Positions 36,233-48,347 of a DNA stretch of 64,000 nt are shown here, piece after piece. The stretch is taken from contig JBLDXI010000042.1 of the NCBI GenBank assembly GCA_047495785.1, positions 4,216,001-4,280,000 of the forward strand, read 5' to 3'. The notes beneath the pieces were generated by a model. It did no database searches, was not told where the DNA came from, and saw nothing but the letters and a program-made list of their open reading frames with translations. Position numbers and translations under genes: made by a program. The first letter of the stretch is position 1; each line of letters begins with the position of its first letter. Source of the DNA: Lepidodermella squamata (taxonomy: Eukaryota > Animalia > Gastrotricha).

Positions 36233-37503
36233 ATAAAATAAAAAGCTTTTCACGAAATTATCTTATTACTATTCAGTATATAGGAGCTATTCATTCAAAC
36301 AGCATTGCAATAGCGAAATGGCCCAAGACCATACGTAGACTTGAGGCTAGCGCCCCTATCTCAAGCCTTCAAAACCTGTTGCTATAAAGATTTCCGCAAG
36401 AATTTCCGCGTAATTCGTCTGCCATCTGTCATCCATCAGCGAGGTACATATGGATAATATTGCTTCATTGCCACATACCTGTATCCATCTGATGGTCACT
36501 CAATGGTCATGTTCACTCAATCGAATCGCGGAACAGCATCACGTGTTTGCTTCGCGCCTCTTAATTCCGTTTCAACGCGTCTGAAATCACGAATCCATCG
36601 ATTACTAATCTTCAGAATGTACTAGCTCTACAACAAGATATCATCCCTTTCCAATCATATAGGCTATTGGAAATTAGAAGCAACTCATCGCTGAACACTT
36701 TTAGGACATTTTGGACCGCAATCCACAATATTTGTAAATTTTGCCAAAATGTATCTTTCGGGTTAAGAAATCATCGTACCGCAATTACATATTCGATTTG
36801 AATTATTAGAGATTAGAGAATGAGTCATGTTTCATCGGGCAGTCTGAGTACGCCTCTGCTTAGCCGTGGGTTATTTTACATTTTAGGTACGAACGAACGA
36901 ATTTCTTTTATTCTGTCCCCATTTGACATGAAAATTTAATAAATTTAAACGCAGACAACAAAACGCACAGCAACAGCAAAAAACATATGTCAAACCAGCG
37001 CTTGTCTGAGAGAGCTCGCGGAAGACACTAGTGAGGACAGCTAGTGTCTTCCGTCAAGTCTTTTTTCGGATAAATCTTAGCAATCATCAAAGATTGCGCA
37101 CCCACTTAAATTTCATCACAGATTAAAAGCGGACGAGACGCTTTAGTTTCTAATTACTAAAATATCAATACAGCACTGTATCTTGGCTCGTGGCTTCTGT
37201 TATAGCGAATTTCCATCGAAACTTCATTTCTAGCAATCTGTTGAGTTTATTTTCACTGGGAACTGTTTGCCAACAAAGTCATCCTACGTGCACTAATCTG
37301 TAGTAAAGTTCTTCAGTTTTGTTTTGGGTCTCCTACCTACTCGTAGCCAGCCTACTCATATTATGAATAAAAGATAAAAATGCGTGTGATCGCGTTTCGC
37401 ACCGTAAACGACATACCTGGTAGAGTGAGATTGCTGATTCCTGAATTCACTCTTTTCACCTTTTACTCACTAGAAATTCGTTTTATCAACAATCGAGGCT
37501 GCG

Positions 37504-38044
37504 ATGCTTGTTTATGCTGCGACGCTATGCCTTTTTATTGGCGTGTATCAAACTTTTGCTGATGATGCAATACCCAGAAAAAGCTACATTTCTCCACGAA
37601 ACGAAGCCAGGATGGTCAAACTTGCGGCAACTCTGAGTAAATTTCAGCAGGGTAAGAGTCTTAATTGATTCTAAGAATGTAGCCCAATTTTTTTCCTTAG
37701 ATGAAAGCTCCCCGTTCGGCGATCCTAAGTTGCTAAAGCTTCTCGGGAAACTGGTCAAGTCGAGGCTTCGAAAGGTTCAGAAGAACACAAGGCAAGATTC
37801 GGCTAGTTTCAACTCATGGCTCAAGCAAAGGAAGCTGAATGGCCCCGCAGCTTATCAGGAGGCTGCTAATGCTATCCAGCTGATGCTGCTCGTTGACAAT
37901 CGGTTGAATGGCCGCTTGAAAATGAACCGCCCTCTGCATAGAACGGCGGTGAGACAAGTTCAAGGGCGGACAAGTGAAATGCTTCCGCCCTGCAAGAATT
38001 ATCGCATTGAAGCCGGATGCATTTATCGCAAAAGTTTAATTTGA
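37504..38044 (+). CDS. Secreted cluster protein B, 2 exons
   Basis: Exon 1 37504-37651 (MLVYAATLCLFIGVYQTFA...), phase-1 intron 37652-37700, exon 2 LVKSRL...SFNSWLKQRK...AYQEAANAI; paralog of E. Confidence 0.8.
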
Positions 38045-38949
38045 TGACTTTTATTGTCATAGCCAGTCAATTTATAGCTTGTCTTACTTACATGTAAAAG
38101 GTATGCATCTCAGTTACAATACAGCTTGCTCTGATGGAAATAAAATTCCTGTATTTTCAGCCACCATTCAAAGTAAATTCAATATTCATTTTCATTGCTT
38201 GTACCTTGTACCGCTTGTACCTTCGTGCCAAATCTAACTGCAATTTATTAACATCTAATCGATTGCTAATTTTCAAGTATTTGTTGCTTGGTGTCTGATA
38301 ACCAAATAACTCAGGCTGATGACGTCCGATCACGAGTCAGATATGTATCAAGTATTGTTTGCATCTGCCTAGATTTGTTCGCGAGAAAATAATCGATGCT
38401 CAACACTCAGTTACCACTGACTACGCCACTGCATCCTATAATTTGTGATATTTCGATCAAGTGGAAACGGCGAGGCGTCTAGTCCGTTGAATGACGAATT
38501 TAATGCACAAGGGCTGGGCGTGATATTCGAGCAGTTTATACTCCCACCACCGCAACCCGGAATCAGCAATCGCATTAATTGAACAGCCTTGAGATGCTAT
38601 AATTTGCTATTTGCAGTTAATAATTCATTTTGCTTTCATTTTGATCGAAACCTACCATATAGGCGTAATATAGAAATATATGCGTCTTATAGCGGCCATG
38701 AACACAAGCATGTGATTGATTTAAAAAAGATTGAAAGTAAGTCGAGTGTGTAGGTTTGTGTTGAGTTAATGTCCCGGGAACCACTAACATTTCACTGCTG
38801 GAAAGCAAGAAGAGGATCACTGATACCTGGGAGCGTCTTAATGAGTATATCTTTCGCATTTTCAGACCAAAATATACGAAGACATGCCTATCACATGTAT
38901 CCTTTTTATATTCCCTTTTGCTAGACAATTCCTTATACACACCTGATCA

Positions 38950-39411
38950 ATGGCAGCTTTTGCAATCACCATCTTCTTTTTGTATTTATCAGCGATAATC
39001 AGTCAAGCCAAATACATCGGAAAAGTCAATGATTCTGATGCCCAGCTGGAACATTTCATGCGGAAGTTGTCGACGCACTGCTTGCGATCAGTTTCTAACC
39101 ACAGCAAAAAGCCAGTTCGAAATGTGAAATATTCTTTGGCGATGGGAGTGGCCAGCATTGTCAAGCAAAGAATCAAGGTTGCATGTGAACATTGGAAGCA
39201 TTCAAGCATCCATTCAAGAGGAAACAGGTCGAAAAATATGTTGTATTGCTCAATCATGGCAAATGCGATGTTGGGCCAAAAGTCGCCGCCAACTTTCTAC
39301 CTGTGGTTCAAGATGCTGTCTCAATCTGCTGAACGTCAACTATTGATTCACGAAATTAGGAAGGCCATCGAAATTATGCTGTCAAAACATACTGGAGTAT
39401 CAGGGAAATAA
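38950..39411 (+). CDS. Secreted cluster protein C (intronless subfamily), 153 aa
   Basis: Signal peptide; IVKQRIKVAC...LYC...SPPTFYLWFKML. Confidence 0.8.
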   Translation: MAAFAITIFFLYLSAIISQAKYIGKVNDSDAQLEHFMRKLSTHCLRSVSNHSKKPVRNVKYSLAMGVASIVKQRIKVACEHWKHSSIHSRGNRSKNMLYCSIMANAMLGQKSPPTFYLWFKMLSQSAERQLLIHEIRKAIEIMLSKHTGVSGK

Positions 39412-39971
39412 ATTCAAAATCGAGTCAAATAGATTAAATTTCAATGTATTAGGGTTATGTATGCATGCCTATGTATATTTAACGTTTCAGTAACTTGAAA
39501 AATACAGAAATTTTATCTGCTGTTGCTTGCTTCATTAATGAAGCATCAATTTTCTTGGCATCCCGCTTCGGTCGAGCCAAGCAGAGTATTAAAGAATTTC
39601 AGATTCAGATCAATTGCGCATAGTAGCTTTAATATTCCTATGTCCCAACAATGGAAATTCTCTATTATAGGTTGCTTCGGCCCCGCAGGGGAATGAAGCG
39701 TATTGACCGCCCCCTGCCCCCACTCTCGCATTCATCATGATAAACACGTTTTTTCAGGGCGCGACAGCCACGTGCTTCAAATCAGCGGTCTCGATCCTGA
39801 CGATGCCATGCGCCAATTGTGATAATCAGCTCAGAGCGCGAATTATCCTACGATTCCCATGAGTACGATGTCCACTGTTTCGCTAACTACCTCGTATGAC
39901 GTACTAGCAATGTAAATTGAAATAAAATGACCGTATCTAATAGAAAACAATCCCATATGTAGCGTAGTAAC

Positions 39972-40336
39972 ATGAAATTTTCTTGCATTTTCTACCTTGT
40001 TCTGATACTAATTGAAGCAGTATCTTCAGCCACCTCATTTTACTTAGACCCCGAAAATCCGCTTTGGAGCGAAATTTACGAGAGAGAACTACAGTTAATA
40101 TCATCCAAGCTAAGGAGCCTTCTTCGCGATGGTAATCAGCGATAATTTTACGTATTAAGCATAATTATGTGACTTCAGATGCTGACTTGACATCGAAACT
40201 GATTTCTAGGGTGGTAAAAAAGCTGCTCAAACGGCGTTTAGAAGAACAGCAAGTCAAGCCGTCGATAAAACCCTTCGTCAAGCTGAAAGATTCGGTACCA
40301 TTCAAATCCTGGCGGCGGCGTTTATTTGCATCATAA
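39972..40336 (+). CDS. Secreted cluster protein D, 2 exons (absent from ORF track)
   Basis: Exon 1 39972-40131 (MKFSCIFYLVLILIEAVSS...ISSKLRSLL), phase-1 intron 40132-40178, exon 2 VVKKLLKRRL...PFKSWRRRLFAS*. Confidence 0.75.
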
Positions 40337-40758
40337 ATAATGAATCATTCGTTCAATTTCGAAGATTATAGGGTATTGCGTTGTGGTCCGGAAATAGCTA
40401 ACTCAATCAAGGCCTATTTGTGTCCTACAAATGTATCTTCATCTGAGCATAAAATCGAATAAATCTTCGAGTATTAACCCATTATTTTTATCACGGCCGA
40501 GTATATTTTGAGGTATAATAGAGCGAGAATTGTCTGCGTCAAAAGCATGTGGTGATGACGCGGGGCCTACTGGTGCGCGCAATGTCGCTAAACGAGTCAG
40601 GGTACTAACTACTGAGGGCGCTGAACGTGGGATAATTAGCAGGCTAACGAATCGCGAAAAGACCTTATTAGCAATTATCTTATAGCATCAAATCGATCAG
40701 AATTCTTTCTTATACTTCAAAAGAAGTTGAGAGTTCAAGCCTGTCGTGAATATTTTCC

Positions 40759-41338
40759 ATGGCTCGAATAGTTCTGCTCAGCTTGATCTTTTTTGCTCTT
40801 CACCTGGCCGTTCTGAGCATGGAAACTCAGGCAGATGTGGAAAAATTGCTAGATATGCCTGGGGTTAGTCCAAGGCGGATGAAGTCAATTGCTTCAAAGC
40901 TTCACAAAATCCTATCAGCAAAGAACCGTAAAAGCCCTGAAAGTTGACTATTCTTCGATTTTATAAATCTGTTTAACCTTAGGAACTGAGGCCGAACCAG
41001 TGAGTCAGGAAGTTGTTCGCTATCTCGCAGATCTTGTCAAGTTACGGATTGCTAACAAATGTCCTGATTCAATTCCTCAAGAGCTCTGCAACACAGATGG
41101 ACCTTCTTCGTTCTTCGCCTGGCTTAAACAAAGGCAGAGAGCTGCGTTGAGGCGAGAGGCTTACAAGGAAACAGCTGATGCTATCAATAAGCTGCTTCTC
41201 ATTGGCAAAAATCCGATGAAAATGAAGCCGAGGAGAAAGCAGACGGTTAAAGGTACTCAATCAGATGAAACGGCCCCTAAATTGGAGATTAAAGCTGACA
41301 AGGTTTCGAGTATCATGGCCGCTCAACGCTTGCCCTGA
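40759..41338 (+). CDS. Secreted cluster protein E, 2 exons
   Basis: Exon 1 40759-40927, phase-1 intron 40928-40982, exon 2 LVKLRIANKCPDSIPQELC...SFFAWLKQRQ. Confidence 0.85.
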
Positions 41339-42040
41339 GGGCTCAAATTTGTTATACAGCAAGGCCATATTCCGTCAAATGTAACATGTAGTCTTGTTGA
41401 TTTTGGTCTTGTATACACGAAAATGGAATTTCTCAGTAAAAACAGTCGAATTTTACCCCATTGACGTTAAATTCTGTAGTGAATCTATTAATATTACTCT
41501 CTTTAACATCTCTGATTAATGAAAAAGACTGGACATACATTACTCGGCATTCTTTGTAGCGATATAACATCCCCGTCTACTTTAGCCTACTCACTGATGA
41601 TGTTTACCGAGCTTAATCACGCGCCTAAGTGCAAAGCCTCATTGTCCGAAAATCAAGTGTAAACAGTCAATCGATCTGCGGTGATTTGCGTCATTCAAGA
41701 ACTGCTTTAGTTTCGCTTTAAACGCATGAAACTAACCTCAAAGCGAATACGCCATAAAGATCAAGTACCGTGGCCTAAGATTTGAACTGAAAGGCCAGTT
41801 GCGTCAATCTCGCAATTTCGAAAGTTCTAATTTGAGGATTGAATCAGCTTCAAAACGTCCGAAAGAGTGGCCTGCCTGTCATAAACAATTACCAAGGGCT
41901 CGATTTCGATGTTGTAATCACTGCTTTGAGTTCAATTTATGTCACACGCTAATGCATCGATGACTTTCATGAGCGACAGGGCGAGACGTATCGCCTTATA
42001 AAAGCCTGGTTGGAAGTGATCTCAAACGAATCTCTGGAAT

Positions 42041-42474
42041 ATGTTACTTTTAGCCGCCTTCACATTAACCTGGATCGCTTCCAGCATTGTTGTGAGCCAG
42101 CCAGTCAATAGGAAGCAAGATTCGCCCGCAGATAAATCAGCTCGCAAACCAACGATCGTAGAAGGTGAGATATTGTCTTTCACTTTGTGGATCTTCCATG
42201 CTAATTTGCGTCGTTTTTAGTAGAAACTCTACTGCAGAAAGTGGTGAGCTTGATGAAGACGCAACCAGAGCTTTTAGAAAAGCTTCCGTCCGAACTAAAG
42301 GATCGAGTAATGCGTAAGCTACGCATGCAGAAGTGTATCAGCTTGATTGGCTCGAAGCGAGTCTGTGAGAATAATGTTTCGTTCTTCTTATGGGCTCAAC
42401 TTTTCGCCAAGGATATCATGAAGGGCAAGTACGATGGCGCTATCATCGGAACTGATTCGTACTGGTCTCGATAG
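42041..42474 (+). CDS. Secreted cluster protein F, 2 exons
   Basis: Exon 1 42041-42164 (MLLLAAFTLTWIASSIVVS), phase-1 intron 42165-42220, exon 2 RKLRMQKCISLIGSKRVCENNVSFFLWAQLFAKDIMKGKYD; TATAAAA about 40 nt upstream. Confidence 0.88.
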
Positions 42475-44323
42475 TCAGCAGCTTGCTGAACTTGCTGTGA
42501 AGCTAATTTGATACTTCGTTCGCATAAAAGAATTCCACCTATAAATCAATTGCTGTGTTGCTACAAAAGGGCACGCTCTTTGAATTTCGAGATGAATACA
42601 CTGTTTGAATAAAGCAACCTCTCGGTGCCCCAAGCATCAGGTTAATTAGTTGAATGTGTGTCATTCAAGAAGGAATATCCAACGTGCCATCGAAACGGAG
42701 TAGACCAATGACGACTTGTTCACATCTGAGATTTATAGCACGAGAATGGGTAATGTAGACGAGGCGCAGTCGTGTCGCAATGGCCCAATCGAGTGCGGAG
42801 AATCCAAAGCGTTTCCCAAGATAGGCATACAGTTCCTGGTAGTTTTGATTATCTTTGATAGCCGCCATATTTTACAACCGTTGCAGAAATTTCGAAAAAA
42901 TTCTCTCAGCCACTAGAATCTATAGAAGATTCACCCCGATATTGTGACATCAATTAAGCAATTTTCACGCTCTATAAACGCGTGCCGCATCAATGGGCAA
43001 TTCTCGGAAAAGACTGACAAAGCCGTCACTCGAGGCGGTTAATTAAAAAACTTACTCCCCCTTCGACTCACTGTGCCAATGGGTTAGCGAAGAGTGGAGG
43101 GAGGACCTAAACGCGCCGCTAGTTCTTAAGTCGTTCACGGTCACCGGTAGCAGTGAGGCCAGCGTGATCTTCTGCATGAAACCCGGTCGCGCTTGCGAAA
43201 GGACGAGCAATAGATTATGCAAGCGACCAGACCGCTGTATTGCGGTGGATTCGAGGTGGTAGAAGACCATACGTTGCCCAGCCCTAAAGCATAGACCCTA
43301 ACCCAAAGCCGCCAGGGAAAAAGCCGTCGTATCTGCGATTTCCGACAAGGCCGTAGCTGCGCAAGTTTTCGGCAATAAAATCGACACTTTTTCAAGTAAA
43401 AGAATCCCGTAAGCGACGCGGCATAACTTTCCATGATGCCGTCAATTAGGAGCGGCAGGGATCTGTCGAAACCTGTCGACATTTTCAGCTTTCAGCTGAG
43501 ATGGCCACTTCCAGGGACCAGTGTACGACTTTCAGGGGGGACGGCCGCTATCCCTGGCTGGATGCCCTGGTTTTACATATGTTATTCGAGTGAACCATTT
43601 TCCAATCAGTTATCGTAGAAATACCCCCTGCAAAGCCCAATAAGGTCCCTTACACGAATGTAGAATAGGCTTAAAGCTGAAAAGCTGATATTTCCCGCCC
43701 CATAAGGCGGATACAAACTATAATAGAATGTTATCAAATTATACCTGAAATCAGGCGATTAACACAAAATAACCCAGGGTTGCGAAGGACCTTTGTGATC
43801 TGAAAGCAGGTGGAGCTGATCATCCTGAAAAACGATCATTTTTATCGATATTGTAGGCCAGAATTTGTCGCGTAGCCTTTCCAAGCCTATAAGTTCAAAG
43901 ATTCTATCTAAGGTCCTTTTGAAAAGAGGTGGCGTTTTGCCACTTGAACCCCGATTACGCCTGGAACATAGAGAACGGAGAACCATCCGTTCTCTATGGC
44001 CTGGAAGGACCAGTAAACGTCTTGGTAAGTTTTTCATATTAGTTGCTCTCGTGGCAATTCAGAGTCAAAAGGAGGTTCCCTCCATGTGGTCAACAAATCA
44101 AGATAGGTAGTCACATGGCGCATGGCATGTGGGCATTGCATTTTTCCGCAGTGTCCCGGGTGGATGGATGTTCAAATACTGTACTGTATACGTCGTAATT
44201 TTCGCTGTGACCTTATTTTCGTTATTGGCAATTCGCCATCTATAATCTAATTTTCGTTGCTTTTATTTTCGTTGGCTCAGTTTCCAACGAAATTTTGAAC
44301 CCAGCGAAAATTCAAGCCTAATG

Positions 44324-45023
44324 CAACGTTTCCCAAACCGTGTCCTATAGGACACTCGTGTACTAAGCCAACTTTCAAGTGTCCTGTAGGACACTGGTGT
44401 CCTATGGCCTCGAAATGACAGAAGGACAACAAGATCCACACTAAGAAACAAAAAGGTAGATCCACACTAAGAAACAAGGCATTTTTGGACCATTCTGGAC
44501 TCGGGAAATCGGGAAAAAACCGTCAGCTAAAGCTCGCTTCGCTCGCGAGTTGCCTATTTATGAAATATTTTATGAAAACTTCCGATCGGACGGGAATCGC
44601 GGGTATGGCTGAATCTCTGAGACGATAAATGATAGAATCAATTTTCGAAACTGACCCATATCCATTGTTGACCCTTTAAGCAAGTTACAGATTGCACCTT
44701 ACGACATGATTAATTGAAATTTCATAATTGATGAGTGAATTTCTGGGAAAACCCCAAGGCATAGCCTCATTTTACGTCGTTTTTCAGTGCCGAATTTTAA
44801 AAATGTTCTCGCTTCGCTCGCGTTTAGTTTGAATTTTATCCGGGATTTTATCAATTTCGACCTCGGTTACCATCAAAAATCAATTTAAACAAGCAATCAA
44901 TTTGTAGCTAAAAAAAATTGTACCCATTCCGAACCAAATATCATTCATTTAGCAAGGTGTCCTACGAGTCATTGTCATAGGACACTACTGTGTCCTACCA
45001 GACAAAAAGTTTGGGAACCACTG
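44324..45023. mobile_element. hAT-family non-autonomous element, 700 bp
   Basis: Termini CAACGTTTCCCAAAC / GTTTGGGAACCACTG (Charlie-type CAGTGGTTCCCAAAC). Exact 8-bp TSD GCCTAATG at 44316-44323 and 45024-45031. Subterminal GTGTCCTA/TAGGACAC repeats. Confidence 0.9.
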
Positions 45024-46055
45024 GCCTAATGCAAATTTAGATACTGCGTAAGGCTTCTCGGCAGCTAAAGTGACGGCCGACCAGGTTCCATCTACTCGGC
45101 ATACTACGTTATACGTTAACTGAAATCATTATCGAGGTAGCTAAAGCATTAGACTCCCCCAGGCAGATCAAAATGAACATCGCTTTGCCTGATGCTTCCT
45201 TGCACTCTCACTAGGCCCGAGCAATCGTTGACAATAGCACCGAACCCTTGCGCTCATTAATTGACTGAATTTTAACTTGTCTGACAATTTCTAGCGATTC
45301 GGAACTGGTTTCAGTGGTTTTTAGCTAAATAACATAGGGATAACATTTCGTTGCATTAATTTTCGTTATTTTGGTATTGGATATTGGATGAAATAAAAGC
45401 AATGCCCTTAATGATCAACTTACGAAACGATAACATCGAGTTCTATTATTAATCAGGCGTTTGAGCAAATTAATAATGTCCACAAAATTTATTGAAACTA
45501 TGAATCATAATGTTCAAGTAAAATTCACAAATTCCTATTGAAAATGTTTGAGGGGGCCGACTGCAATATTCTTGGAACCAGATATTCAGACTTGAACTTG
45601 AATGACCTAACCTCTGCTCATGGTCTTCGACTTGAAGGTCATTCTTAATTCGATACAACCTGTTAGACTGAAAATGATTAATCACAAGCGCGTGGCACCA
45701 TAATGTACGACCCCATTTCTGTTGTAAAGTCGAAAGTGGGGAATCTTGAAGCGGCTATGAGTGCTACTGAGTAAGCATACGATAGGAAAATATGACACGA
45801 TTGATTGTTGCACGTAGCAACCAGCTTGTCATAACTTTTGTTAACTAGTCTACTTAACTCGAGCGGCGATTGACACTTTTTCGTGAATTTACGAGAAAAA
45901 AAATGTTACTTGAAACGTAGGAGTGGGATGTAGAGCGATTTCAATTAAAAATTTGCGTACCCCAAATGACCTTGCACTCTCATTCAATCAATCAATCAAT
46001 CAATTTATTTGCAAACTTCGTTCACAGGACTAGAAGGGCACGCAGGCCTCTTACA

Positions 46056-48347
46056 CTAACCCGATGCAATAAGATTTCCTTTACAATATTTCTTCAAATT
46101 CACGCGGTACAGATTTCGTTTTACGATATTGTTCTTTATATCAGCAGGTAAATTATCGTCAAAGTTAAATACGGTAGTCGGCAATCGATTCCAAGTGTTT
46201 ACAGTACGGTTCAAAAAATAGTTCTTATAAATAGGTTTGGTGGGATTTTTGCACTTCATATTCGGATTTAAAACAGAGAAGCGAAAACGATGACCTCGAT
46301 TGTTATTCAACAAAAATTTTATATTATTAGAGATAGATGTTTTAACAGACCCATTAATTATTTTGAAAAGGAAGCAAAGATCGTATATAAGGCGCCGTTC
46401 TTCGAGAGACACTAGCCGAAATTTTTTTAGACGCTCGGAATAGGACGGACGCGAAGGATCGTAGGGTGATAAATTAAGAGCACGGCGAGTAAAGTAAGAT
46501 TGCAATTTTTCTAATTTGTCAATTTCATTTTTAAACCAAGGTGACCAGATGCAAGTACAATACTCTAGCAACGGGCGAACATATGTACAGTAGGCACGTA
46601 CTAACGTCTCAGGAGACTGACCTTTCAGAGCACGTAGTATCAGGTTTGCACGTAGGTAGGCTTTAGAAACAATCGAATTAATATGGGCTTTGAATTCTAG
46701 CTTTTCATCAATAAGAAGACCCAGGTCTTTATAGTTGAGACATCTTTGAAGCAAGTTTCCCCCTAGGTAGTAGGAAGATTTTGGATTTTTGAAGCCAAGA
46801 TGAAGAACCGCACATTTGTCAATAGAGAGCTTTAGTTGCCAAGTTTCAAGCCAGACAAAGATGTTTTCAAGAGATAGAGATAGACGTTCAGAGAGAGATG
46901 AATCATTTTTACAAAAGACTATGTATAATTTGCAGTCGTCAGCGAACAGTTTAATGGAGACACCTTCAGGTAGGATATCGGTAAGGTCATTAATGTAGAG
47001 CAGAAATAACAGAGGGCCCAGAACGGAACCCTGAGGTACGCCACTGGTTACGCAAATTTCATCGCTTAGGGTTCCGTTGACATTGACACGTTGGGTACGA
47101 TTAGTAAGATAGGAAGATAGCCAGTTTAGAAGATTACCATCAACTCCAATAGCTTTAAGTTTTATTAAGAGTTTCCGATGGCAAACAATGTCGAAGGCCT
47201 TAGCAAGATCTAGGTAGACTATATCCGCAAATTTCATGCATTCAAAGGCAAAGGTCCAGTCAAGCACGCATTCAAGCATTTGAGTAGCGGGTGATTTAAG
47301 TGCAGCGAGTCTGTTAAAATTAGAGAGCAACCTATTATAGTTTGGCGATTTAAAGGCAGTTTTTCGAAGTTTACGCCAAACATTCAGCTTTTTCGAAGCA
47401 ATTTTTCTTATATTTTTTGGATATTTGAAGCGTTTTTTATAAGAGCTGCGTAGCGGAACAAATTCATTCACAAGATATATTAAGAATGAGTTGAATTTAG
47501 CGTACGAGCGTTCGATATCATCACCGCACTCAAGAAAAAAATCATTCCAGTTAACGTTATTTAAAGCTAAAGTAAGATTAGTATAATCAGCCTTATAAAA
47601 ATTGTGTGAGGCCGAATTATTATTAGATTTAGGGCAAGAGTCAGCGTCGAGGTCGAAAGTGATGGAGAAGTGATCACTAGTAGAGAAAGGAGCAGACACG
47701 TAGATATCATGAATATTTAAAAAGGAATTGGTAAGCACAACATCCAGAATATTATTCGAATTCTTTTTAGTCGGTTCAGAAATCAATTGTGTTAAAGAAT
47801 TTTCAGAAAAACAATTTATGAACAGGCTTTCCATTCTATGGTAACTGCGATTCAAATCATGCCATTGAATATTAGGAAGATTAAGGTCACCAACAAAATA
47901 AATTGGATGGGAGCATTGTGCGAGGAAAGAAAAGTTTGAACATAGTGACATACCATACTCATAATCAGCTGGAGAATAATAAGGTGGGCGATAAAAACCC
48001 ACAATTCTGTGCACACATTTTTTTGAAAAAACAACATCAATTGCAATTATTTCAGCCGGTTTGATTTCATTTGGAATTTCAACTTCAACATAATTAAGCG
48101 TGTTTTTGACAAAGATACAAACTCCTCCCCCTGTCGAGGAAGTTCTATTACAAGGAACCATAGTGTAGTTGTCATTTGTAAACATTCCTTTAGATACAGT
48201 TTCGTCAAACCAGGTTTCAACGACTATGATAATGTCATATACATCAGAATCTAATAATAAGAGAAATTCAAAGTTTTTGTTTTTCAGGCTCCGGGCATTG
48301 CAGTAGTACACTTTGTAGCGGCGGGTTGGCGAAGAGCCTGTGGTAAC
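46056..48347 (-). CDS. LINE ORF2 (APE endonuclease plus reverse transcriptase, N-terminal part of RT deleted in frame)
   Basis: NARSL, ETW, GGGV, YRPP, GDLN, SDH; LDLAKAFD, SGVPQGSVLGPLLF, FADD, DLG. The usual ALV.P..K...YRPISL...Q.GF segment is missing before SPATQML. Confidence 0.92.
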   Translation of the reverse strand, partial: VTTGSSPTRRYKVYYCNARSLKNKNFEFLLLLDSDVYDIIIVVETWFDETVSKGMFTNDNYTMVPCNRTSSTGGGVCIFVKNTLNYVEVEIPNEIKPAEIIAIDVVFSKKCVHRIVGFYRPPYYSPADYEYGMSLCSNFSFLAQCSHPIYFVGDLNLPNIQWHDLNRSYHRMESLFINCFSENSLTQLISEPTKKNSNNILDVVLTNSFLNIHDIYVSAPFSTSDHFSITFDLDADSCPKSNNNSASHNFYKADYTNLTLALNNVNWNDFFLECGDDIERSYAKFNSFLIYLVNEFVPLRSSYKKRFKYPKNIRKIASKKLNVWRKLRKTAFKSPNYNRLLSNFNRLAALKSPATQMLECVLDWTFAFECMKFADIVYLDLAKAFDIVCHRKLLIKLKAIGVDGNLLNWLSSYLTNRTQRVNVNGTLSDEICVTSGVPQGSVLGPLLFLLYINDLTDILPEGVSIKLFADDCKLYIVFCKNDSSLSERLSLSLENIFVWLETWQLKLSIDKCAVLHLGFKNPKSSYYLGGNLLQRCLNYKDLGLLIDEKLEFKAHINSIVSKAYLRANLILRALKGQSPETLVRAYCTYVRPLLEYCTCIWSPWFKNEIDKLEKLQSYFTRRALNLSPYDPSRPSYSERLKKFRLVSLEERRLIYDLCFLFKIINGSVKTSISNNIKFLLNNNRGHRFRFSVLNPNMKCKNPTKPIYKNYFLNRTVNTWNRLPTTVFNFDDNLPADIKNNIVKRNLYRVNLKKYCKGNLIASG

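Noticed and set aside
44447-44480. Short direct repeat AGATCCACACTAAGAAACAA x2
   Set aside because: Internal duplication within the hAT element, not an array.
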